Positions 21,630-30,393 of a stretch of 64,000 nucleotides of DNA are shown one piece after another; position 1 is the stretch's first letter; each line of letters starts with the position of its first letter. Source of the DNA: Bdellovibrionota bacterium FG-1 (GTDB lineage: Bacteria; Bdellovibrionota; UBA1018); assembly GCA_051382295.1 (NCBI GenBank), contig JBBCAW010000004.1:64001-128000 (forward strand). The letters run 5' to 3'. The notes under the pieces are model-generated. The model made no database searches. It had not been told where the DNA came from and worked only from the letters and a program-made list of their open reading frames with translations. The position numbers and the translations under genes were made by a program.

Positions 21630-22487
21630 ATGTTTAAGCGATGCCTCCTGAGTTTTGCGTTTTTTGCGGGAGTCGTCTCTCTGAACGCCTGTGCGAGTAA
21701 GAATGACAACCCCGCGTTGGATCCTCTCACCGAGGCGTATTCGTTGATGGACCAGGGACAAAACGCGCGGGCGATTTTGATTCTCGAGTCCGAGGCGGCC
21801 CGAAACCCCAAAGACGCCGAAACGAATGTTTTGCTGGCCTCTGCCTATCTGGGGAAAACCGGCGTGGATGTTTACCGGATTTACGACAGTTTCAAAGACG
21901 TGCTTTTTGACCAGTCTCTGAGTGATAAGTTTTGGAAAGCTCTATTGGATCGGTCGATTGCCCCTCCAAACGGGCATTCTCCTATTGAGCTTTTGATTGA
22001 TCAGGTGGATCGTTTTTTGAACTTAGTGAGGGAAGTGGTTTCTTTTTTGAATCGATTTCCCAAGGTGGAAAAAGAGAAGTGGGCGTTGATCGATCAGGCA
22101 CTCGAGCATCTCGACGCCATCGAAGCCACTCGAGATATCAGCCTCTACCGAGTTTTTATTCGAATTATTTACTTGAAAGCGTTTATTAACCTCGAAATCA
22201 TCGGCAACCCCGATTTTGGAAATCGGCAATGGGCTTGCGGCTTGGACCTGAATCACTTTAGAGATGGCCTAGCGTGGATTGCTCGAAACCTTTCTTTGGC
22301 CACCGAAGATTTTCGGCGGGTGTATCCGGATCAATACTCGTCCTTGGCGATTTTTAGCGGCACGGTGACTGAGCTTTATGAGGGCCTGAATGGGCTCGAG
22401 TCGGAGACGTCTCCGAGTGCAACCGGCACTCTGACTCTTCAGGGGCGTTTGCGGGAGGCGTTCAAATGCGAACCCCATCCAAACTGA
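21630..22487 (+). CDS. Helical/TPR-like lipoprotein
   Basis: Lipobox LNAC; TPR-like segment EAYSLMDQGQNARAILILE...LLASAYLG. Confidence 0.65.
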   Translation: MFKRCLLSFAFFAGVVSLNACASKNDNPALDPLTEAYSLMDQGQNARAILILESEAARNPKDAETNVLLASAYLGKTGVDVYRIYDSFKDVLFDQSLSDKFWKALLDRSIAPPNGHSPIELLIDQVDRFLNLVREVVSFLNRFPKVEKEKWALIDQALEHLDAIEATRDISLYRVFIRIIYLKAFINLEIIGNPDFGNRQWACGLDLNHFRDGLAWIARNLSLATEDFRRVYPDQYSSLAIFSGTVTELYEGLNGLESETSPSATGTLTLQGRLREAFKCEPHPN

Positions 22488-23550
22488 TATCCGTTCTTTT
22501 GTTGTTGGGGGCTGCGCGGGTTGACGCCGCTCCGAGTGGTCACGCATTTACCTCGGTGCCCTCCCGGTTTCAGTCGCTCGAGCTGACCACCGGATCGCGA
22601 GGATTGGGTGAGGTTTGTCTATCCAGAGATTCCATGCCGGACGGGACCGTTTGTAATCCCGCGTTTTGCCCGAACTCAGAGAGGGGCTCTTACTCGGAAA
22701 AGTTTATTTCGGTAATGGGTATTCGGCGCTGTCGACGGTCAATCAATTTGTGTATCAACCGATTACCAAAGATTTTTTGCATCAACTCTTTCATCAAAAT
22801 GTCACGAGCGTAGAGGCTCACATTCCCCTTGTTTTTGCGACGCGGTATTTTTCGGCCGAATTTTCGCCCTATCGCGTTCAATACGTCTCAGAGATTCACA
22901 ATCCCAATCTACCCGTCATCGCTATTCATGCCTCAGTCGAAAAAAGTCTCAGTTTTTCGGGGGGGATTCCCCTTTCTTGGGTAGACTCGCGATTCGAAAA
23001 TTTTAGTTTTGGATCCAAGCTCCGGCTGATCCAACGCGATTACGTGCACGGTTCTTTTTCATTTTTTGATGTAGACGCAATCGGCAGTGACCCCCGGACC
23101 CTTTTGCCCTCTCAGACCCAGTACGGAGTTCTGGTGGACTCCTCGGTCGGATGGGCACCCCCCAAGATGTTTTGGAAACCCAGAGTGAGCGTCTCGCTTA
23201 AAAACATGGGCAAACTTTGGCCCGAGGATCCCCTTTATCCAAAACTCACGGACATCAATCTGGGGGTGGGAGTTGAACCTCCCCTGGGTTTTGGTCGTTT
23301 TCGAATGGGTGTGGATTTGATCAACCTGGTTCAAGCAGAGGCTTTGCTCGCGCGGGTTCGCCTGGGGGCCTCGTATCAGTTTGGGATTTTGGAAGTGATG
23401 GCAGGGCTGAATCAGAACTCATTGGCTACAGGATTGCAATTTGCGCTTCATATTTTCCAAGCCGGTATTGTGTACGAATTTGTCCGAGATGATTTTGGGG
23501 GAGCGGACCCCGAGAGTCGAGTCGCCACGGAACTTGCCGTCAGACTTTAA
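22466..23550 (+). pseudogene. Outer-membrane beta-barrel protein (NPA-motif type) split by a one-base frameshift at a T4 run (22664-22667), or a sequencing error
   Basis: Signal peptide plus CNPAF in one frame continues as LPELREG... in the next; span of 1085 nt is one base short of 362 codons. Confidence 0.7.
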
Positions 23551-23592
23551 TTGGGACAGTATTAGGGCTATAATAGTATTAAGATAGTACTT

Positions 23593-24300
23593 ATGCCAAC
23601 ATCTGTAACCGTACCAAAACCTAAAGCCGTCCTCTTTGATCACGACGGCGTGTTAGTCGCAAGTGAACCTTTGCATTGGGCCGCCTGGGAGCAGCTGCTG
23701 AGCGAACTTGGAATTCCGTACAATGGTGCGGAAATGGGACTTTTTGTCGGAAAAACAGCCCCAGAAATTATGATGCTTCTCCTCAACCGCTACAAGCCAG
23801 GCTGGAACCCGAGCGAGTACAATCTTACCGCTCTCGCTCGCCGCAAAAATGATATTTACCTGGAGGCAGCAAGACGCGGGCTTCAGCCTTATCCCGGGGT
23901 GCCAGAGGGACTTCAATGGCTGAGGAGCCAGGGAATTAAAACCGCCGTCGTTTCAAATGCCAAACGGCGGGAACTGGAAACCGCGTTACATCAGCTCGGT
24001 TTAACTGAATATTTGGACATTATCGTTTCGCGTGATGACGTCAGTGCTCCTAAGCCTGATCCCACGCCCTATCTTTTTGCGGCGGCCTCTTTAGGCCTGG
24101 AAGGTCACGAATGCCTAGCCGTAGAGGACAGTCCCACTGGCCTTGAGGCAGCTCTTGTCGCAAAAGTCCCGGCGGCCGCCGTGACCACCAACTTCAGCCG
24201 GCAGAACCTGGAAGATCCTGTTCCTGGGCGTCCCGACCTCCATCCCCTTTGGGTGGGCGAATCGATGGAAGAGTTTTTTGAATGGCTCAAGGGGCTCTGA
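23593..24300 (+). CDS. HAD-superfamily phosphatase (BPGM/CbbY-like)
   Basis: FDHDGVL, VSN, KPDP, VEDSPTG motifs; TATAAT at 23569-23574. Confidence 0.92.
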   Translation: MPTSVTVPKPKAVLFDHDGVLVASEPLHWAAWEQLLSELGIPYNGAEMGLFVGKTAPEIMMLLLNRYKPGWNPSEYNLTALARRKNDIYLEAARRGLQPYPGVPEGLQWLRSQGIKTAVVSNAKRRELETALHQLGLTEYLDIIVSRDDVSAPKPDPTPYLFAAASLGLEGHECLAVEDSPTGLEAALVAKVPAAAVTTNFSRQNLEDPVPGRPDLHPLWVGESMEEFFEWLKGL

Positions 24301-24304
24301 CTCG

Positions 24305-25354
24305 TTATTCGATAGTAGCAGCTGCGGCGGCGGCGTCTTGATGAGCCTCTTTTTCGAGGAAGTTTCCGACAGGGATATTCTTTAAGGTATGATCACTTAA
24401 TCTCTGACTGCAAATCCCTGCATGAGCTTGATATTCTCGGTTTTTCGACTGAATTTTCGCGACGACGGCCGGTATCTCTTGTTTGGAAAGCTCCACAATC
24501 CTGGGTTGAAGACTATTACGATATTCCAAACCCGTATTTCCGTCGGCGCATTGTCTCCCCTTGTCACGACAGGCAATGAGTTGGTTGTACTCGACCTGAA
24601 GAATCTTGAGTTGTTGAGTCAGGGCACCCCGATCGCCATTACCGCTAATCACGGTCATTCTGTCGCAAGAATCCGAGGAAACCGCTGCTTTCTTTTCCAT
24701 GGTGAGGGTTTGAAATCGGGCAAGAGGAATTGAACTTTTAAAGTTTTCACAACGATCCTTAAAGTTGGCGTCGTCTATCTTGCTTTTGTGATCACACCAA
24801 TTTGCGACCAAAGTTTCGCACTTTTGAACCCATTCAGTAGTCCATGGTTTTTCGTCATTCCAAAAGCCATCGCAGGCAACACTGTTGTTCACGAGTTTAA
24901 CTTTCAAAGCGACGTGTGCAGCCTGTCCTGGAATTAACGGTGCTGTGAGCTCTGAAACACGTTGGGTTCTTTCTAGATACTCGGCTTGGACCGCCTTCAA
25001 TTCCGCTTCCTTTTTTCGGTAGTCGATCGCGGTTCGTTCCAGACTTTGATAAGCCGGTGTGCCCATTTCTAAGGTCTGCAGATGGGCTTCTAAACGAATG
25101 ACATTTTGGTGGGCGTCTCCGAAAAATTCTGACAGGACCTCGTACTTACTTTTTGCTTTTTGCTGTAAAATTTTCTCTTTTTCTAAGTCTTTCAGTTTTT
25201 GCTCATGAACTCGAAATTCTGCCAATCCCTGTTCGTTAAAAACATCCTCTGCCATCGCAATAGGAAGAGACAAACTAAAAATGATCCCGGAACAAAATAG
25301 AACTCCAAAAATCCTGCAGCCTAAAGAAAACTGGGTGATATTAGCCTTTTTCAT
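24305..25354 (-). CDS. Secreted coiled-coil, Cys-containing hypothetical protein
   Basis: Signal peptide ending AMA; helical body; GAGGAG upstream. Confidence 0.65.
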   Translation of the reverse strand: MKKANITQFSLGCRIFGVLFCSGIIFSLSLPIAMAEDVFNEQGLAEFRVHEQKLKDLEKEKILQQKAKSKYEVLSEFFGDAHQNVIRLEAHLQTLEMGTPAYQSLERTAIDYRKKEAELKAVQAEYLERTQRVSELTAPLIPGQAAHVALKVKLVNNSVACDGFWNDEKPWTTEWVQKCETLVANWCDHKSKIDDANFKDRCENFKSSIPLARFQTLTMEKKAAVSSDSCDRMTVISGNGDRGALTQQLKILQVEYNQLIACRDKGRQCADGNTGLEYRNSLQPRIVELSKQEIPAVVAKIQSKNREYQAHAGICSQRLSDHTLKNIPVGNFLEKEAHQDAAAAAATIE

Positions 25355-25397
25355 TTTACGCTCTCCTCATTCGCATGGACGAATTGTCTCTAGAATG

Positions 25398-25413
25398 AGC
25401 AATTTCGATGCCA
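25398..25413 (-). promoter_or_regulatory. Sigma-54 (-24/-12) promoter candidate
   Basis: Minus strand TGGCATCGAAATTGCT vs TGGCAC-N5-TTGCW, with correct GG-N10-GC spacing, 43 nt upstream of the 25354 start. Confidence 0.6.
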
Positions 25414-25611
25414 CTCAGTTTTACTGCGAAACTCCAAGGTCTAATCAGACACAGGCTCGATAGTTATGAATTAATTTCCAAAAAATCTCAAAGGTCCGAG
25501 CGGGTGACTGTCTAATGTTCTTAAATTGAACAAAAGTTTTTCACTCTTATAGGGTAGGGAGGTCTACTCAAACCAACCTGCCTTTGTTACACTTAAGGGG
25601 CGGGGGATTCG

Positions 25612-28600
25612 ATGGGTTTACTTTCTTGGAAAAAGAGCTTCGGCTGTTTTGTTTTGGTCGCATCTCTCTGGGGCTTATCCCCTTCTTTGGCTAATGACGT
25701 TTCCGAGGAAACCCCGGCTCTCGCTCTTGAAGAATCTTCGGACGGCTTGCGGCGACTTTTGGAAAAGGCGCCTTTGGCTGGAATGAATTCTGTCTGGGAT
25801 GCGCTTCAAAAGGAATTTGCGGCCGAACCCGCTAGTTTAAGCGGGGCATCGCAACAGTGCGGCTCGGATTCAAAGTGTTGGAATGCTCGTTTTCAGATGT
25901 ATCGTCGCGATGCTCGAGGAGCTTTCGAAAAAGCCTATCAAGATAAGAATCTGTTGATCAGTTCCAAGATTCGAGCCCAATACCAAGGAACTTGTAATCA
26001 CGAGTTTAAGACAGCCTTGGGATACGAGATGTGTCTCGCTGAAAATTTCTTTCATGACCCGAGCGTTGGGCCTTATGCCAAGCAGATGCTCTTATCAGCC
26101 CTTGTGAAATGGTCAAACGGTTTAAGGGTGGCACAAGCTTCACAAGGAAAGATTGCAGGTGGCAAGGATCTTTCTGATGCGCTTTTTCGTCCTGCGCAAC
26201 TTCAGGGGCCCCGCCCTCCGGCAGAGCCTTCGAAGTCCAAGTCTGTAGCCGCTCAGGCTGTCAAACCGGCATATCCTGGGATGGCGCCACTCGATTATCC
26301 TGATTCTGAACATTTCCGCTCGACTGATCCGATTCATTGTTGGAGGGAAGAAAACCGAAGAAACCCCTCGCTCGAAAAAGTAGTCAAAAGCTGTCTCGTC
26401 GCGGATTGCCGCAGGCCTGGGGATGTCCTCGCACACAGCTGTCACGTACTCGACTATTTAGGGTTAACGGGGTTCGGAAATAACAAGGGGCTGCTTGAGT
26501 CCATGGGTTATTTGGATGCAGAGGCTTCTGTTTTTCTAGCTCGAGCCAAGACCATTGAAAAGCTCACTCAGTCTTTTTGTCGGGTGATGGGCCGAGATAT
26601 TGCTGCAGAGGAGTTGGCTCAGAGCTGTCCCAATTCAAAAGACCTCGTGGAAGGAATCCTGGGTAGCCGGAATGGTTCCAATCGATGCACGAACCGAGAA
26701 GTCGATAAGTTTAGTGGCAATCGCCTCGCTCAAGGGATTTTGGCGGAAGCGTGGGATTTGGTGAATCGATTCGATACGCTGACTCCCGCTCAGATTCATG
26801 AGGAACGCGGAAGTGGAAAAGGGGCCCAATCTCCGGTTGCGCATTCTTCGTGTAAAGGGCTGACTCGCGCTGGTGCTCATATCGGAATGACTCCCGAGGA
26901 AATGACCGCATTTAATGAGTGTAGAACTGAGTTCAAAGTGCTGACCGTGCGACTCTACGGAACTCCGGAGATCTTGCCGGAGCAGGATAGAAACTTTGGG
27001 GTTAAAGAAGAACATCTGGAGGAGCTTCTTTCTTATGCCCGTTCGATCGTGAAGCTGTATGGAAAATCGGATCCGAATGATTCAGGGTCTCAGGAGGCGC
27101 TCAGGGGAAATCTCATCAATCACGACGGCAAACGGGTGGTGGATGCGATTCAATCGGCGTGTGCGATGGATTGGAGGGGCCTACTTAAGCTCCCCATGGC
27201 TGACGCCGCCTTTAAAGAGATCGCGGCGATGCAACAACCGAAAACCTGTCCAGATACTCCAAAAGACGCCAAGGGTCGGTGTATATACCCCTGGTACGCT
27301 CAGTGTCTTAAGGATGCGATTGCCTCAAGCGAAAGCGTGAGTTCAAATTTTACAGAAATCTGCGGCGCGCTCAGTATGGGAATGCTTGAGCTTCCTCCTT
27401 TAGCGATTGGAACAGGTGCGGTTTGCTTTGCGGGCTCCCTCGCCCTTCAGGGTAACGACCTGATCGGTCTGCTCAAACAAAAGGAGTTTCAGTTTAGCTG
27501 TTTGGGAAGCGCTGAGGACTGTGGGACTAAGGATTTACAAGACCTTCAAATGAAGGTTCAAGACAAGATGAATTCGGTATTGGCTACTGCTGCATTGGAT
27601 GGGACGCTCGCGGTATCGGGACTTAAGCAATTGAAAGAGGTTTTTAAAACGCCACTTCGGATGAGTCCGGCGGAGTTAAGAAAATATTATCAGTCATTAA
27701 CGAACCTGGATGAGGCGATGCTTAAAGCTGGTCGAGTGACCAACCACGCTGAGCGAAAAGCCGCCTTGGCGAGCATTGAGATAGAAGCCAGCCAGGTCAT
27801 AAAAACTTCAAAAGCAGAGTCGGCGGTGCCGCAGGGTTATGTCTCTCTCTATGAACGAAAGGGAGAGGCGGTTTGGTGCCTCAAACCTCTCAGTGCTCGA
27901 GCGTTAGACGAAGCAGCTGTTGCTAATCGTATGGCCTTAGAGCGTCTCGGAATAAAACCCGAGAGTCTAAAAAGGGAAATGGGGATTTTAGATTCGCAGT
28001 TTCTAACGGGTCCTGACAAGTGGTACTGGAGGGGGCGAACCCACCAGTATGAGATTACCAAAGATGTCCTGCCTCAAGCTGGGAAGGCCAGCGTAGATAC
28101 TTTGATTTTGAAACACCCCGACCTCCCTCGGTATATCGACGAATTGCATCAACTTGGATATAAGTTAGTCGTGGATTCTTCCTCTGGGCTACCCGCCATC
28201 AACGGTGGTAGCCTAGGAGGTTATCATAATGCCGGTTTAAAGGTGATCTCGATTGATCCTTCGCAAGCGTGGAATATCTTTTTACACGAGTTTGAACATT
28301 TAAAGTTCGATCAAAAAATATTAAAAGAGGTCAATTTTTCAGGTCTTCAGGCGGCACTCAAAATCCCGGTGACTCGAGAGCTTCTGAAGGGGCTAGCGAA
28401 GGATAATCCGATGTTAGCGAAAACCATTGCCTTGGCAAAAAAAGGGCTGTCCCAGACCGCAGTCAATGAAACCCTTGCGGTTGAAGCAGAACTCAAAGCT
28501 TTAAAAGCGGAAGGCTATCACTCACTTTCAAAGGCTTATTTGGAGAGGCGAGATAATGCTCTTTGGCACCAAGTACAAGAGCTTTCTCCTCCCATACTCG

Positions 28601-28944
28601 CCGTTGAAAAAAGAACACTTCAGCAAACCATGACCTTAAAACTTGCGATGGCCGAACGGCTTTTGTTTACTCAAGGCCAAGCGCCCTTAGCTTGGGAGGC
28701 TGCATCAGTTTCGGGTCGAACGATGGCTATAACAATGGCTATCTTGACACCGCCTGCGGCAGTGACAACCTGGGGTATGATCCATGTCTCCTACAATGAA
28801 AAGACACATAAACTGCTTATTCGGCACAGCGATGGAACCTATAGCGAAATCTCACTTGAGGACATAGCATCGCGACTGAGTAATGATTCGGCTAACCAAT
28901 ACGTAAAATTTATAGAACCCACTCATCCGATGACTGCGAAGTAA
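25612..28944 (+). CDS. Large secreted protein with C-terminal zincin-like (HEXXH) domain
   Basis: 1110 aa; signal peptide (SLA); Cys-rich N-half; central hydrophobic hairpin; HEFEH at 28285-28299. Confidence 0.65.
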   Translation: MGLLSWKKSFGCFVLVASLWGLSPSLANDVSEETPALALEESSDGLRRLLEKAPLAGMNSVWDALQKEFAAEPASLSGASQQCGSDSKCWNARFQMYRRDARGAFEKAYQDKNLLISSKIRAQYQGTCNHEFKTALGYEMCLAENFFHDPSVGPYAKQMLLSALVKWSNGLRVAQASQGKIAGGKDLSDALFRPAQLQGPRPPAEPSKSKSVAAQAVKPAYPGMAPLDYPDSEHFRSTDPIHCWREENRRNPSLEKVVKSCLVADCRRPGDVLAHSCHVLDYLGLTGFGNNKGLLESMGYLDAEASVFLARAKTIEKLTQSFCRVMGRDIAAEELAQSCPNSKDLVEGILGSRNGSNRCTNREVDKFSGNRLAQGILAEAWDLVNRFDTLTPAQIHEERGSGKGAQSPVAHSSCKGLTRAGAHIGMTPEEMTAFNECRTEFKVLTVRLYGTPEILPEQDRNFGVKEEHLEELLSYARSIVKLYGKSDPNDSGSQEALRGNLINHDGKRVVDAIQSACAMDWRGLLKLPMADAAFKEIAAMQQPKTCPDTPKDAKGRCIYPWYAQCLKDAIASSESVSSNFTEICGALSMGMLELPPLAIGTGAVCFAGSLALQGNDLIGLLKQKEFQFSCLGSAEDCGTKDLQDLQMKVQDKMNSVLATAALDGTLAVSGLKQLKEVFKTPLRMSPAELRKYYQSLTNLDEAMLKAGRVTNHAERKAALASIEIEASQVIKTSKAESAVPQGYVSLYERKGEAVWCLKPLSARALDEAAVANRMALERLGIKPESLKREMGILDSQFLTGPDKWYWRGRTHQYEITKDVLPQAGKASVDTLILKHPDLPRYIDELHQLGYKLVVDSSSGLPAINGGSLGGYHNAGLKVISIDPSQAWNIFLHEFEHLKFDQKILKEVNFSGLQAALKIPVTRELLKGLAKDNPMLAKTIALAKKGLSQTAVNETLAVEAELKALKAEGYHSLSKAYLERRDNALWHQVQELSPPILAVEKRTLQQTMTLKLAMAERLLFTQGQAPLAWEAASVSGRTMAITMAILTPPAAVTTWGMIHVSYNEKTHKLLIRHSDGTYSEISLEDIASRLSNDSANQYVKFIEPTHPMTAK

Positions 28945-28969
28945 TGAAGTCCGCTGAAATACTTGTGCC

Positions 28970-29674
28970 TTAAATTGGAATAAAGACCAGCAAGATAAAG
29001 TTATTTTCAAAGAAGCTCGCAAAATGGGTCGGCAACGTATCTTGGATCCAAACACGGCGATATTCACCGCGATAAAGGGCTTCGATTCCTGCGGAGCCAA
29101 GTTTCAAATCAAGTCCAAGTTCTGCGAAGCCACCATAATAGGCTGAATTACAGATCACGGCATAGGGGAACCCATTGACTTTAGCGCCCATGGATTCGTC
29201 ATCATATTTGATTCGAATGGCTCCCAATAGAACGCCGGCGTCAGCAACTGGGCTGATGAAAGAATAAGGAAAAGGGCGAAATCTTGGGCCCATGCCCACT
29301 TCAAAGCTCATCGTATTGAGATGAATGCCTGAACCCGTGATGGGGCTCTCAGGTTTCCCATCTTCAAAGGAGTATTCGGCATGTCCAGATTGTATGGAAA
29401 AATTACCATAGCCATGGAGGGTGGCCATCGGCAGGCCGATGAGCATGTCGTGCATGCTTTCGACGCCAAATCCATTATTCAGGTGAAGTTGAGGAGTCCC
29501 ATTGGGGAGCTGCTCCACGGAATCCACGGGGGCATGGTAACTAATCCCGAAGCCCGAAACATAGGAGCCAGTGATCTTCGAAGCCGTCGAACCACCTGCG
29601 TAGGTTCGACTTGCAAAGGCAAACACAGCCAGTGAAAAAATCACCAAAAAGGGAAATCGGCTTATAAGTTTCAT
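28970..29674 (-). CDS. Putative outer-membrane beta-barrel protein
   Basis: Signal peptide (TYA); amphipathic strands EVGMGPRF, PVADAGV, FAELGLDL. Confidence 0.6.
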   Translation of the reverse strand: MKLISRFPFLVIFSLAVFAFASRTYAGGSTASKITGSYVSGFGISYHAPVDSVEQLPNGTPQLHLNNGFGVESMHDMLIGLPMATLHGYGNFSIQSGHAEYSFEDGKPESPITGSGIHLNTMSFEVGMGPRFRPFPYSFISPVADAGVLLGAIRIKYDDESMGAKVNGFPYAVICNSAYYGGFAELGLDLKLGSAGIEALYRGEYRRVWIQDTLPTHFASFFENNFILLVFIPI

Positions 29675-29771
29675 TTACAAGAAATCTAGCATGGTTAATA
29701 CTTCCTTTGCAATTGGATGAATTCATTTTGATGGCCGATGATCGCAATCTTTTGGAAGGTGGGACGGACTC

Positions 29772-30377
29772 TTGAGGTTTCGAAAGATCCTGTGGTTGAT
29801 TGTTATTTCGTCATTCATTGCGTCAGGGCCGGTTGCTCAGGCCTCTTCGAATGCTCGTAAGATTTTTAGCGCCAGTGCCGGCCTTTTATGGCTGAACATG
29901 TTTAAGGTTTCGAGTGATGATGCGGGTTCAAGGAATATCACGGGTACTCCTTACAACTTGGTTTCGGGTGCTCTTTTTATTCCTCTTCCCTGGGATGATT
30001 GGTTTGTTTCACCTCTGTTTGGAATGACCGTGCGCGACCGCTTGAATAATGATGGAGGTTATTCGACCTCACTTATGGTGGGGGCGCTCACCTTAGGAAG
30101 GGTGATGCCTTGGTTTCATCTCGCGGATCTTAAAGCCGGGGCGGGGACCCTTTTTTATAATATTACTACCCACGGTTCGGGAAGTGCCTCGGTTGGAAGT
30201 CAAAGTTATTTTCAGCCCGATTTTGGGACGCTCACTGCAAAAACCACCTTTGCTACGGCCGGGGTGGGCTTGAGTTGGTTTGTTTTTCGAGTAGATGCGG
30301 ACGCTTTTGTGACTGGTTTTTTGTCTCCAAAGCGGTCCCTGACCTTGTTTTTAAGGGCAGGCGTTGCGTTTTTTTGA
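29772..30377 (+). CDS. Putative small outer-membrane beta-barrel protein
   Basis: Signal peptide (AQA); amphipathic strands; terminal LRAGVAFF. Confidence 0.6.
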   Translation: MRFRKILWLIVISSFIASGPVAQASSNARKIFSASAGLLWLNMFKVSSDDAGSRNITGTPYNLVSGALFIPLPWDDWFVSPLFGMTVRDRLNNDGGYSTSLMVGALTLGRVMPWFHLADLKAGAGTLFYNITTHGSGSASVGSQSYFQPDFGTLTAKTTFATAGVGLSWFVFRVDADAFVTGFLSPKRSLTLFLRAGVAFF

Positions 30378-30393
30378 AAGGGATTGAGATTTT

